64,000 nt of DNA from contig JALDZX010000027.1 in assembly GCA_022813865.1 (NCBI GenBank), forward strand, positions 62,001 to 126,000. The letters are read 5' to 3'. The translations under genes and the position numbers were made by a program. The notes below the pieces were generated by a model that saw only the letters and a list, made by a program, of their open reading frames with translations, was not told the DNA's origin and did no database searches. Of this stretch, positions 10,852 to 25,005 are shown piece by piece (positions within the stretch are counted from its first letter, which is position 1; each line of letters begins with the position of its first letter). This stretch comes from Xylographa opegraphella (Eukaryota).

Positions 10852-13800
10852 CTAGTTGCTGAAAAGTACTGTTAGTGAGGGAAGATCGACTGATTTGACT
10901 TGGAGCACCTACTATATCTCAAGAGGTGCCAGCTGGTCGATACTGTAAAGCCAATTTCCCCCTTGCTCTTCCTTGGCCAACCTAGGAGCATGATGTCAGT
11001 CAAAATCACTGTTGAGTGCCAGACTCCGAGTACACCTACCATTCATACGGCCACACAACCAAAGAGCCTTGTACCATTTTCAACAGCTCTTCCCCATCAA
11101 CTGAACTAATCATGTCGTCGCTAGCATGGAATTCCTTCTTTGACCCACGTGTCGCCGTTCGTCGTCTCCGTTTCTGTGAATTTGTATTCATCGCGTCAGA
11201 GTAGGCGATCGGGTTCGGCGCTTCTGATTTTCCGGGCTTCTCAGCCGTTGAGTTTGAGTTTGTAATATCAGACAATGGAGCAACGTTGGAGGTTGTGGCA
11301 GCAAACTTCTCATCATCTTCAGCACCTCGCCTGCCCATCTGGCTTTCGTTTGCCTCACGCTCAAGCTGCTGCCTGTTGGCCTCTGCAGCCCAATCTTCCA
11401 CTTCGCCCATAGGTTTGTTCTTTTCGTCACTTTTGTTGCTCTTCATGTTGCTAATGATGTGACCATCCAATCCTGTGGCTTGCAGAGCATTACCGGCCTT
11501 CTCCCCGATAGGTCCGATCATGCGCAGGCGATCCGCAAGGTTTGCCTGACCAGGTGGACCTGAAGCACTTTGCACTTCCTGAGTTACACGCTCTTTCGGT
11601 TTACCGCCACCCTGAGCTTGCGCAAACCGTTCACCATACGCAGCATATTCTTTATACTCTTTCCAGTTCTTGACTTCGTTGTCTGGCATGCACCGGAATA
11701 CAGCGCGGAATAGTTTTGTGTTGTTTTCCGCGACCGCAAGCCAGGTATCAAGGTAGAAAGAGTCATTCAGAGGATCTTTCATGCAATCTTTGTCAACAAT
11801 GGGTCGCTTCATATCCGAAAGCACAGGACTGATGATTGCTGTTGCTTTCTTCGAGAACATACGCTGGATGGATGGGCCACCAATGTCAGTATCATCGCTC
11901 TTGGGCAATGCCGGCAATTGTGAAAGCATTGGCAGTCCGAGTTGGAAAGTTGACATACGCGGTAATTGAGGCGGTAGTGGAAGCGTATTCACAGAATCTG
12001 GCCTCGGCACTGGTGATCCGGTGAGAGATCCACTTGCTGCGGTGGTAGATGATCGTCCAGCTTCATCTAGTACTGAACTTTGTCGACCTCTTTGAGCATT
12101 TGTGTTTTCATTATCTTTCATATGATCTACACCTTCGCCTGCGACATCTTTGCGGTGTTTAGCGTTGCCTGTGACTCTACTATCTGTAGTCACCCTTTTG
12201 TTGGCCACCAGATTCGGATTGTCGGCTTGTTCCCAATCGATATCATGATTAAAGCTATACATGTCGTCAGACTTAGCGATTAAATCGTCCTGGATCTTGT
12301 GCTTCGCCTCGATCAAGGAATTGTCCGCCTCGCGATCGTCTTGGAGATCTGCGGAGTTGTCACTTGGGCCATGAAATTGGTCCATTTCTTTCTCCCATTT
12401 TTCATTGACTTGCTCTCCCTTTTCATCCTCCATGACTTCGTCGACGTCTATGCCCAGATGCTCACGCATTAGACGCATTCTGAGAGTGTGAGGAAATCTG
12501 CCAACCAAGTACGGCCTCCCCGCCATTATAGACCACAACATATCGGTGTCGCGAACAACAGCGGCACATTCAGAATCCCGACTACCAAGCATAGAGCGTT
12601 CATTGATATTTGCCGACCCGATAATGGCAATCCTGTCATCCACTACCATACACTTTGCATGGATGTACAACTGCTCCGTGACAAGAGCTTTGTTTGGCCC
12701 TATTTTTCCCCAAGACCGTAGGCTGAAGAAGTGAATGTAATCTTCTGGCTCTATTCCTTCAGCCCGAAGCCGACCGAAAATCGAAGAATCCCCTCTGTTT
12801 ATGCTTCGGAATTGGCACTGCATAATGAGCCGTACGCTGGTACCATCTTGACTATCCACAGTATTCTGAAATCCGGGCAACAAGGGAATTACGATTATCG
12901 CCCGCCAGTCTTCGTTGTTTTGATAAGCTCGCACTATACGCTCGACCAGCGCATCGCCGATAGAATTCTCAATCCTCGTTCCTTCAACTTCGGTACTAGT
13001 AACGAAGAATTGGTTCTCCACGTATACAAAATGATCTGATTGCTGGATCATCTTTATATAAGCATCCATGATACTATGCTCGACACGATCGGGGGTGCCC
13101 AAGGACCACATACAGCACGAACGTAGAATTTGCACTTCGCATGTGCCGTCTAACCCAAGGGCTTCCAAGTCAGCCGGATTGAAGTCAGGCGGAGGTAGTA
13201 GGAAAGGCGTCGGTCTTGTGGGTCTCCGTTGCCGAAGAATATAGTTCCAGCGCTGCACAAAATGACGGGTTAAGTCACGGGCAGGCTGGCCGACCACTTG
13301 CATCGATATATCGTGCCATGGCATCCGAGGTACCTTGGTCCGATCGTACATCTCTTCATATGGCTTGTCCAAGGCATAGAAATCTTGAACTCGAGGGTTG
13401 GAATAGTCTTTGCCGGGCCACAATTGACAATGATCGGCGTCCTTGGGCATATCTGACTGCTCGAACCCGGTAAGTTTATCGTCGACAACACTATGCTGCG
13501 GAGTGTCCCATCTTCCATAACATAGATCGATGCCTCCCACAAAAGCAACCATGTGGTCGACAATACATATCTTTTCGTGATGAGCCCAGAAGAAAGTGCC
13601 TTGTCGTATTTGGTTTGGCGATCGCTGGACGAAAACGTTTGGATGGAGATCGAGCAATGAGAACTTAGAGTATTCCGAGTCAATGGGGATAGCCGAATTG
13701 ATATTGCGATACATTATCACAAAAACCTTTACCCCTTCCTGAGCTTTACGCTGCAGTAGTCGATCCAAGCGCCACTTCTGGCTGATCGCTGCTGGTCTTC

Positions 13801-16498
13801 TCATGTAGAGTTCCGGACTTAGCCACCAATCATGGATGTAGATAACATCCTTGGCCATGCTGATTGCTCGAGATACATTCCACATATAGTCACGCCCGTC
13901 AACGAGCCACTGTGCGAAGACATTTGGTCTTACAGGGGCAAAGCTGTCGAATCGGTTTACCTTTGCCCATGGTGTGTTTGTAGACATAAATCGAATCGAG
14001 TCTTCGAACTGGTGAAGCTGACGCTCGTTCTTGGCCAAAAGTCTCAGCTTTCGCTCTGAGTTGTAGAGTTTCAGGGTATGGTTTTGAGGGTGTGCAGCGG
14101 ATGCTTTGGCGGATTTGGCAAGTTCTTTAGGCTTCTGATCTCTTATAGGTGGCCGTTTCTTCTTAGTCTGAATTCTGAAATCGGAGTCGACAAGAAAGAC
14201 GTCGTATATGTTCATCTCCTCCGGAGAGTCCACACATACAACGTAGCTATGCCTCACAAGAAACCATTTGGGTCCATGACGAGCTTTAAGCAGCGTGGGA
14301 GTCCACTTTTTGCGGAAATCTACTCCCTTACCAGATTGCAAGATCAGGAGACCTTCCTTTCCATGATAGCTTCCTTCGGCAGCGAGGCGTACACCCAGGG
14401 CAGATAGTTCCAGAAACTTGCAAAGACGATTGCTTTCAGGACGGAAGATTAGGTACCTTATCATCTGCTGTAGGTATAGTTCCAACTTCCTACGCTGTCT
14501 CTCTGCAAAGGGGTCCTTACGATTCGAAGCACCAGCAACCGCACCTGCCGTTCCACCTGCAGCTGCAAGAACTCCTCCAACTGCAGACCCAAGCGCCACA
14601 TCCGTTGCGGCACTGGACTTGCGTCGCATAATACTCATCGAAGGACGACTCTTTTTTCTTTTGCTAGGCCTTTCCGTCGCGCTGCCATCGCCTCCGCTAG
14701 CACCGGTGCCGTCACCTTCCAGGTCCTCTTCCGCTTCAGACTCACTGTCAAGTCCTCGAATGCCTCGTAGATATGGAAAGGCGCTTCTAGGAAAATGTGG
14801 CATTTTGGTGCGAGCATCACTATCCTTTCGTTGAATGTATTTTTGAGCACTAATCTGTAGTTTGTATCTTGCATGCAAGTTGGCAAAATCCCTTAGAGCT
14901 CGGTGAATTACCCATTTCATACGTGTAAGCCCATTGCCGTATTCCAGTTCTATCCGAAATATCATATGCCTATCTCCCGACTTTGAATCAACTTGTTTGC
15001 TGTCAGTGAGTTTGACCTTTAGCTGTTCGAGAAGTACGGGTATTTTCCTGTTTCCGTGCTCGTCTCTCTGGAACATACTAGCTAGAATTAGGACGGCAGG
15101 GACCCCAGCGGTCAACTCAGCAAGCAATTCTGCAGACTTCGCATGATCTATGGTGATCTCTGCCTTTCGTCGTTGACCTATCATCTTCAACCCTGCCTTG
15201 ATTTGTCGCCACTTTGCTGCACTGAGAGACGATGTTCGTTCACCGCGAAGCTTCCAAGGCGAAAACGGCGTTCCTTCCGCGCCATCTCCCGAGCCTCCGA
15301 ATCCCGTAATGACGCGTCGGAAATTACTCGGTCGAGGCGTGTCATGGCTTAACTGTTGAGTAGACTTACTACGAGTTCCGCCATAACTCATGCCTCTAGG
15401 ACCGTGTACCCAAGCGCTGCCCCTCTTCCAAGGACTTCCTTGGGTAAGTCTACCCCGACCTTCATCTTCAGAAACACCCTGACGTTCTTCCATCGGCAGA
15501 TCAGTCATCGTTGCGCGTCTAGGTGGGAAAATAGGACGGATGTTTCCATCATTTGAAGTTGCAGAGTTCGAAGATAGCATGTCAGGTCGTCTCTCACGCA
15601 TGAAAGGAGTTTTGGGGGTCGTCGGAGCTGTTTGAGCTCCACCGTCTTGAGGACGGCGGCTTTTTCTTCTCCTGCTTCTACCTGCATGGTCTGGTCCAGT
15701 ATCTTCGGCAGTGCTTAGTTCACCATCGGCATCTGCTTCGTCTTCATCCTCGTCGGGACTTTCGGCAAAATATGGCCGTTCTCTATCTCCATCTGCTGTG
15801 AACAGTCCACCCGTCGGAAGTCGCTCATCAATAGAGTCACCACCAATCGTAAAAGCGCTTGGGCTACGGGTGTGAATTTGACGACTGGATGACCCGGCTA
15901 GCGCTCTGATCTTAGTAAGAAGAGATCCTCCACGACGATCTTTAAGTGATGGATCCAGGTCCAGTGAGCCTAGATTTTCGGGCTGAGAAGACTCTCCAGC
16001 AGGTCGCACGAATTGAACACTTCGACGTCCGGGCGGTGTAGTTGAGCCGCTTATGTTCGACCATTTCTGGGATGTGCTCTCTGAGGGTAGATTCAGGGTA
16101 TCTGAAGTACTGCGAATTGTTAACCCGCGCGGGCTATCTGTAATACCTGTCCCGTTTATCGCAGCTTTTCTACCAATACCATTCTTGTCGGCTTCTGACG
16201 TAGAGGGTCTGTGGGAACCGCTAGTTCCATGGAAGGGAAAACCATCTGTGATAGAGGCAAAGGTAACACCATTCGTAAGCTCCTCTTCTCCTTGACCGAC
16301 ACTGTCAATGACAGAACTGGAGGATTCGTCGGCATTTTGTGCGGTTCTCAACGGTGAATTCGGCGTAGTGTGTGGAGGTTGTAGGAAATCTTTCCGAAAT
16401 CTGAGACCTGTCTCGGGCCACTGAGTGAATGATGGTAGTATCGTGAGCGATGGGCTTGAATCACGGCCCTCCGTAGGCGGAGTTTCCATGCCGTCCAT
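10852..16498 (-). CDS. SPO14: Phospholipase D1 (Spo14/PLD1 type, PX-PH plus two HKD motifs)
   Basis: 1820-aa ORF with HHEKICIVD and YIHAKCMVVDD HKD motifs. Two small 3' exons (WLAKEEQGGNWLYSIDQLAPLEIY|N*) end at TAG 10852-10854. Confidence 0.95.
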
Positions 16499-17083
16499 CG
16501 ATCAAGTCATGTTTGACCTTAATTTTATCCTCACTGAATGGCATGACCTTCATGCATATGCCCAAAGTCGCCACACCCCTCAGGTATCCCTAGATTGATT
16601 GATGGGACCCTTGGACCGGGTAGAGAAAGAACAGAGGAAAGATTTCAGTACGGTCGTCTCCTTGCTGTTGAACGAATTGACTTCGCAGCCGCATTGGTTC
16701 GCATCCAAGAATTCTGAGGACTGTAGGCAAGTATGGTGACGGACTGCAGACCCGCTCCGAGACTTTAGGTGAGGTAGTTGTTGAAGCGGAGAAATCCCAG
16801 CATGTCTGTACTGGTATCACGTCCTTCATGTCCTCCAGCCGGAGGACGTGGATCTCCACCAAGCAAGGATCATTTCAGCCCTGTGATCTGCCGGGCGGAC
16901 AGGGGCTTTAAATGGCTGAATGGATGGGGTCGCTCTTAAAGTTCTCCGCACACGGATGAGGACCATGTCACGTAATTTTCTGTGCTTCCTGGCAATTGAT
17001 GCAATAGTTCAAATATCGGACCTATGTTCCTAACTGCTACTTCCACTTCATACCACGCCTTCACTACTACCTGTTGAGAAACA

Positions 17084-18206
17084 ATGGCTACCCCCAACCC
17101 ATTAGCAAACACTCATTCACAATCTCCCATACGGCTGTCAACGAAGACACATGTGATTGCCGGCATTCTGTGCACAGTTTATGGATATGATGAACTCCTT
17201 CCTGAGACGAAGAACGTTGCATGCTTATGGCTGCTCAATCCTCGACTGCAAACGCAGGCATGCATGGAACCTGTGGCGTTCTCGGCCATCAACCATTGGA
17301 ACCAGCGCCTGAAGCAGAAGCAAGATCGCCATGAGTTTCAAGGACTGATAGCCATCTCGTTCGACCAACGAAACCATGGCTCCCGAGAAATAAAACCTCT
17401 CGCCAACCAGTCATGGAGTGCTGGGAACGAGAAACATGCCCAGGATATGTTTTCAATCTTTCGTTTGTAGTCCATCGATTTTTCCCCCGGTTTATACAGC
17501 CTGACGTACAGTAGATGGCACGTCTCTAGACACTTCCCAATTGATTACATATCTGCCCTCATATATCTTTCCTAGCTCAGAGCGTCATATTTCTTCCAAC
17601 CTGGTCTTGGGCATATCGCTAGGAGGCCATGCTGCCTGGCATTGCGCGTTTCATGAACCTCGTATCACGACCGCTATCGTGATCATAGGATGTCCAGATT
17701 ATACCCGCTTGATGTCTGATCGGGCGAAACTGTCGAAGTTAGAGTCATGGACCACGACCACCCCTCCTGGATCGTCCTTTCTCGGCTCTGTAGATTTCCC
17801 ACTTGGCCTTGTGAAAGCTGTGGAGAGGTATGATCCCGCAGGAATGTGCCTTGGAGTATCGTCTCGATCCGAAGAGTCCTTCAAGCAAGCACCGTCACCC
17901 GAGCGGCAACGAGACCTTGTGCCGCTCCTGAAGCACTGCCTCGAGGGAAAGAGGATCATGAATCTGGCTGGGGCGGCTGACAAGTTGGTTCCCTATGCTC
18001 AAGCTGCGCCATACCTAGGATGGCTCAAGCGAGCAATAAGCCCACATGGATGGTTCAAGGAGGGACACGTAACGCTTGAGGATATTGTGTTCGATGGTGT
18101 CGGGCATGAGATGAGCCCTGATATGCTGAGCGCCGCAATTCGATTTATTGAACAGTCACTTGAGTCGATTCCTGCAAAGTCCAGAGAGACAGCTTCAAAG
18201 ATCTGA
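17084..18206 (+). CDS. Alpha/beta-hydrolase fold protein
   Basis: FDQRNHG, GISLGG nucleophile elbow, D(KLVP) and GVGH triad residues. Intron 17463-17514. Confidence 0.85.
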
Positions 18207-18602
18207 AAAGTAAAAAAGGTCTCTTACCTTTGTGTCATTATGCGATGGTGTTTTGTCGTGATCTTCAATACGCGAGAAATATTGTGGTTAAGGTCTACGA
18301 CTCTAGGAGATATGCGAATAATGCGGCTTCTGAATTGTCATGAATATCCTATTGTTTGACGGTGTGTTTTAATGGTCACTGCCAAGTCATGTTGTGTTGC
18401 TGAGGAAGAGGAAAGCGCCCTCGGTCATAGCACTTGCTGCCTGAGTCTGGGAAGTCAAATAAGAAATCAAAGCGCACCTCAAAAAGGCCTGAAAAAGTCT
18501 TCGCTTTAACATGGAACGGGATCGAACCCGGAACCAAAATGGTGACTGCCCCTGGGCACTCCCACTCACCCGCCAAAAAAGATCTCCGGCCGCCCAAAGT
18601 GC

Positions 18603-18917
18603 AAAAACATAACCCGGGATGGCTATGAAACCTAACTCAGCGGCTGCTAGGTGGGTTTTGGATTCGAGCTGGACCAATGGAACGGGAGGGGAGTCCATGG
18701 CTGGCCAGGGCAGTATTCACCCACGCCTGTCCCAGAAGATCCTCCACTCATGAAGCACTAGGTACAACATGAGTGGGATCTGCCCTGGGCCCGAGTGTCT
18801 GGGGAGTGAGGACAGGTACCACTATAGACACTTTAGCGAGATTCGTCGATCGATGTTGGCGAAATCCGTAAAGTCCATTGACCTGAGCCACCCGATGTGA
18901 CCGCCCGGGACTTAGTT
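18603..18917 (-). ncRNA. Candidate structured RNA polymerase III non-coding RNA (~310 nt), family not recognised
   Basis: Minus-strand TATA-like ATATATTTATTAAAAG (18931-18946), A-box-like TGGCTCAGGTCAATGG (18875-18890), T5 terminator (18603-18607), downstream B-box GGTTCGATCCC (18518-18528). Several 6-9-bp helices, with G-U pairs favouring the minus strand. Confidence 0.55.
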
Positions 18918-20432
18918 GAAGAAGCCACACCTTTTAATAAATATATTCTTACTCTTGAATTATCAGACATCGCAACACAAGTACCTGCACCGGGGTGCTA
19001 TCCTTCTTCTTGGAATCCAGGACACCACAACATCCACACGCTCCTCTCTCTCTCTTCGTGCATTGCGATGCAATGATCGAACAGTTGACTTACGGTCTGG
19101 TCGCATAACATTGAGCTGCCGTACTATTCGTACCTGCCTGTCACTATCTATCCCTCATCCTCGAAGCACATAGCTATACACTGTGTTACACAACTCAGAC
19201 AGTAGCCCCCATCGACGAGTGTATCTCGATGCAAGACACATCATCTCCATTTCTACAGCCAAAGATGATTCTTTCCATACACCCCTTTTCAAACAGCTCG
19301 ATTGATTGTTCTTACCAGAGTACCATCTTACTCGTCCCTCCTGATTGCAACACTCCTATTCTCATTCATGCCCAGGGCAAGCACCCACCCCATCGAAACA
19401 CCCACTCCCATCTAGCCATAGATGCGACAGCCCTCTATTGATCCCCATCCCCAGACTTTCTCACACCAGTATTACCGAACGCGCAACCCCCAGCACCAAG
19501 CTCACACCCACTACCATCCCCCTACCGCCCAGCCGTATCCACACATCACACCCACTATACACATACTCAACCCAGGCCACCGACACGAAAGCGCATCTCC
19601 GACAACGCTGCCGATACCACGACAGAAACCACCCCACACAACAACTCTACCATCCCACCTCCCTCCACCAAGCCAAGCCACACAGCAAAGTTCCCATCCG
19701 TTGCAAGCATAATTCCCTTCCCCCTTCACTCAAGCCGTCTCCCGAGGCAATACATCCGCTACCCAGATCGACAAGGCTACCATCCAGCATCCCATTCCCC
19801 AGAAGAGCCGAGCCGTCACGCCGTACGGGAGCCCCGGACTACGAGGCTGAACACAAAAGGGGGAGGATGGGCGGATGCGAAGTAGGGGATTTGGCATCGG
19901 CGAGGCAGATAGGAGGCGGTGCGATGTAACCGCACGCAACGCCGTGACGAGAAGATGAGATGAAGAGGCGCATGCGCGCTTAGGATGGCGTCCAATGGCA
20001 GGTTACATGTGGGCGTTACGACGGGAGGTCGCACTGGGAGTGTACAGCTCACTACGATGTAGATTTTGCGGGGCAAATTATGGTGAAGACTGTAGTGGTT
20101 ATATTGCATAATTTAGTCGAGACAATCACTCTGTGAGATTCTCGGTATCGTGTTACTATCTAATCTACGAGCTGACAGCATCAGTTCCAGAATCTAGACA
20201 TGTCTGTGATATAGACCTTTGTCGAACTTGTCATGAATCCATCCCAATATAATCCCACGCATGATGTCCTGTCCACGAGGGACAGTCTCGATGTGGCGAG
20301 GCACAATGTATGATGCATATATGTCAGCGATACTCTATGTTCGACAAGTCCCTCCCTCCAAGAACACGCTGGTGATGGCCTCGTTGCATGCTAAGCTCTG
20401 CTGTCGGAGCGGGCAGCTGTGCGACTCGACCT

Positions 20433-22289
20433 CTAGAAATTCTCTTTTCCCCATACGTAGTTGAAGCCTGGCTCACTATACATGTTGCACTTGATATGTA
20501 ACTGACTCCCAAGTGGTTTGGGGCCGCAGAAGAAGACTCCGGCCTCGGCAGGCGAGTGAATTTTGCGAATCGATTTGAAAATAGTGTCCCAATTGGGCCG
20601 TCCGAAATTTGTAGGCGCTCGCAAACCGGTGATTGCGTCGACAGCCGAATTGTGATCGTTGATCATGAGATTGGCAGCGTCGTCCGATTTTATCTTTGCT
20701 GTCAGATACTGTTTCTCGTTAGTGGACACCATCAATAGTCGTTATAGTCGGGGGGCTTACTGTATGAATTTCAATGTGGTTGTCCATATCCTGAGCCTCG
20801 ATGGCCATTAGCAACGATCGGAACCACTCGAACGAGCCGAAATCCCTGCAAATCCAGAAAAAGTAGACTTTCCTAAGTCGGGTTTTCTCTTTCGGATAAT
20901 TCATTCGATACCACACACTCTTGAGGATCGAGGCGAATGGTGTGACACCAATACCTGCACCGACTAAGACAGCAATCTCGTACTTGAAAACGTCTTCGGA
21001 GGCGCTACCAAATGGTCCATCGATATAGACACGAGGTAAAATTCTTCGCACTGCAGAATTTCTTTGTGTTTTCTCCGTGTCATCATTGAGGCTGACGACC
21101 TCCGGTTTTCCATCTTGCGGACTCTTCCTCCCATCTTCAAATGAGCACCCGACAGCTTTCGCCAGGTCCTTGGTGAAATTTCCCGCGCAACGAATATGAA
21201 CCGAAAGATAGTCTTCTTCAGGTGCACTGGTCAGAGTGAAGGGATGATATTGCCAGACAGATATCTCAGGACAACATAGAAAGATGTACTAGTACAATGT
21301 CAATATCGGCGCAGAATCAACGTCAAGATCTTTCTCACCTGTCCTGCCCTGGTTTTCGTGTGCTCCTTCTTGATTTGCAATTCGACAACGTTACTGGGAT
21401 GCTGAATGACCTTCGATATGTAAGTCTTGTGTCGTCCTCGTATCTCTCTCATTATTCGCTCTGCCAGGTAAATGAAACCTCCCCAACCCCAGTATTGATA
21501 GAAAACACCTGTGCCGAAGCAGAATGGTGCTGCATCCGCTTTTATCATACAGAAAGCTCCATGGACCGACCAGAAAATAAAAAATACAGCCATTAGATGA
21601 TGAGTGTACCAGAAACGTTCGAAATTGGCGCGCTTGAACCTTTCGATGGACGTAAAGACCATAGCCATCAAGGCAAATAGCATCACGTAGCCCGACCACC
21701 CGGGGCCAGTCTTAAAGTTGGCCAGAAGAAATCCTTTGAACCCTAGGTTTCCCTTGGCGGCAAGTTGAGCAAAATTGTTCCAATGTGCTATGGTATGAAC
21801 CCACGTGAAGAACACAATCGACCAAGCTACAAGCTTGTGAAAAGTGATGTTCTTGTCGAATTGTATGATCCCGTTGAGAGGTGTCTGCCTAAGGAGAGAG
21901 ATAAGAGTTCGGCACACTGGAAATACGAGGAAAGCAACATCGAAGTGCAGTACTAGAGCCGCAGCTCTGGCAATTGAGTATGTGACACCGAAAGTAGCCC
22001 GTGCAGTTGTCAGGTTGTCCTTCAGGTAGTAGTTCGTAAAACCAAAGGCGAAGACCATAGCGTGAACGAGCATAAAGAGGCCGACGGTCAATTGTCTTGA
22101 ACCCTCATTGACCATCCAACGCTGAGTCTTCTCGATCAAGCTCAGATCTCTGGGAGGTTCACCACTCATCTCACCCGACATTAGCATCCTAGTAAGTGGT
22201 GGGTATCGTGAGCGTTCTGACTTCACGGACAAGCCCCGCTCCAGCTTCGCCTCGGTCAAGCCATATAGGCCATCCTCGAAGCTGTTCAT
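20433..22289 (-). CDS. noxB: NADPH oxidase, NoxB/Nox2 type (gp91phox homologue)
   Basis: Ferric-reductase TM domain (ITFHKLV, HTIAH, WYTHH), [21 protein letters not shown]. The N-terminal extension [16 protein letters not shown] and the C-terminal WGKENF are typical of fungal NoxB. Two introns. Confidence 0.9.
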
Positions 22290-23598
22290 TTCTGGTATAT
22301 TGCTTTGATTGAACGATAGGTTTATTTTCCGGGTTCTCAAAGCAGTGGACGACAATGAGCCAAGTCAAAGTTCGACTCCAGTACCACTTTTTCTGTCCAA
22401 GGCAGCCGCCCACAATCCGTGATTAGAAGTTACAGAGGCCGAGTAGAAAGGTTGCTGATATGGCAAATGACTTGAAGCGGCTACTAGCAGGCACGCGGTC
22501 AGCAGAGAACGACTGTAGTGCACAGGGAAGGTACGGTGCTGGACTTACAAGCAAGCGACCTGCGCTAGGATAGTTCCTGCCTCAGTAGAAAGATACAACT
22601 CTCAGTCTCGAACACGGGTAGAGACGGTATAATAAGGAGTGACGTTCTACACAACGGAAAACAACGAGTACGAATTTAGAAGGGGCGGTAAGAGTAGTAG
22701 ATGTGCTTCGCTCAAGCCTCTCTAGGTTCTCGAAGGCTTAAACGAGCAGATTTGCAGTCACGTCTCATCTTCGCAAAAATGACATGGAGGATGCCGGGAA
22801 TTGACTGTAATGAGGCAGCATCAAGGGGGGGGCTCCACCGGTATACAGGACCAATGTGGAGGATGGTAGGCGCGCCGGGAGTCAAGACATACATCGGAGC
22901 CCCGAGATGGGTGTTTGCTACCAATGGGACATCTTGCCACCTCCATCGTGCTCCACGGTAGCTTTGAGGCATTCAATGCATCTCTCTTTAGCAGGGGATA
23001 GCTCCGTTGCTTCAAACGCGCTCATGTTTGATCGCCGCGCCAAGCGAGTCGCAGGGGTTCCAAGCCCCTGGTCGCCATGCGGAGTGGCAGTTCATGCATC
23101 ACTCCTTGGAAGGGCATTTTCATCTTGTTTGACTCTAGAGTGTAGGAGAATGCCGATGCCGACTACAGACGTTTCTCGTCACCAGTGGCGATTGCCTGTG
23201 TCACAGCACGCGCGGCTCAGGCAACTCCAGACGCCGAATACTCCTCCTTTACCCGGATACTCTACACGCACACATATGCAAGTTCCTACGTAAGGCTTGA
23301 TATGGAGTAGAAAGGCCCTCCATTACTCGTGTCTAATAATCTCTCCGACTATGGACCAGGTAGCCGTTACCATGAACGTGCAGAATAGAATGAGACTGCA
23401 CATAAACATTCATGCAAAATTGACTCAAAGCTCCACCACCAAAGGAAATCGTAACGTCTTCCACCAATGATGCCTGCCATTCCCATCTGCCTGTGAACAT
23501 GCATTATTACTTCTGAGAACTCCAGTCGAGCATTGGTCTACCAATAGCGCAGAGAATCGTTTGTCGTCCGTTACAATGCCGAGGCGGAGGGATTTGTC

Positions 23599-24406
<808 letters not shown>

Positions 24407-25005
24407 GATGTGTTTTCGTGAATCAGTTCGAGGTATGTGAATACTATGAGGCTGGTGGTGAGAAGCGGAGGTTGCGAATCGATGGTGGTTCCTAGATGAA
24501 CGAAAGGCTAGTGAGGTCTTCCTTTAAAGAATTGACACTGGCGAAGCAGTGACGCACGGACTGCTAATTCCCGAACTTTGGCAGTAACACACTTGGAGAG
24601 TTTTTGGGTGAACGACTTCACAACAGTATCTGGTGTTGGATACCTAAGGTATGGAAAGGTATCTTCTGGCTAAGCGGCGAGACAGACATTTCAGCCTGAC
24701 ATCGTGTGACTGAGCGCTAATGTCAGCTCCGCCACCACGACTATCGATCCATTGGTTGCGAAAGAGTTCTACAACATGGTTTTCACGAGAAGACGATTTG
24801 TCAGTATTATTCATGCTGTCTTGAGCATGTCATTGCTGTGCTTTCATTTGTCGGCTTCTATATTGAATGTACATGGTTGTATTGGCAAAGTTGCTTCAAA
24901 TGACTGCTGATTTGTTTCTGCGAATACTGTACAGGTTCTCGCCTCTCCCTTGCGCACTCCAGTACTTTTCCTGTACAAATGAATTAAATCTGCTTGCTGT
25001 GCTTC

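Noticed and set aside
18390..18435. Hammerhead-like words CTGAGGA...GAAA...GTC on the + strand
   Set aside because: No stem II or stem III can form. The bases fit a simple hairpin (GTGTTG-CTGAGG / CCTCGG-TAGCAC) better.
18500..18600. Possible tRNA around GGTTCGATCCC
   Set aside because: No cloverleaf: imperfect T-stem and no D or anticodon arm. Treated as a stand-alone B-box.
18603..18917. Assignment of the structured element to RNase P, RNase MRP, SRP, U3 or telomerase RNA
   Set aside because: Conserved motifs (P4 CR-I/CR-V at proper spacing, SRP helix-8/Alu UGU motif, U3 boxes, UAACCCUAA template) were not found by eye. An Rfam search is still needed.
19345..19929. 194-aa ORF in a C/A-rich tract
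   Set aside because: Non-ATG start, low-complexity Pro/His/Thr composition and no domain evidence.
10852..22289. Functional clustering of PLD with NoxB
   Set aside because: Both act in fungal signalling, but proximity alone in a gene-dense genome is not evidence of a cluster.
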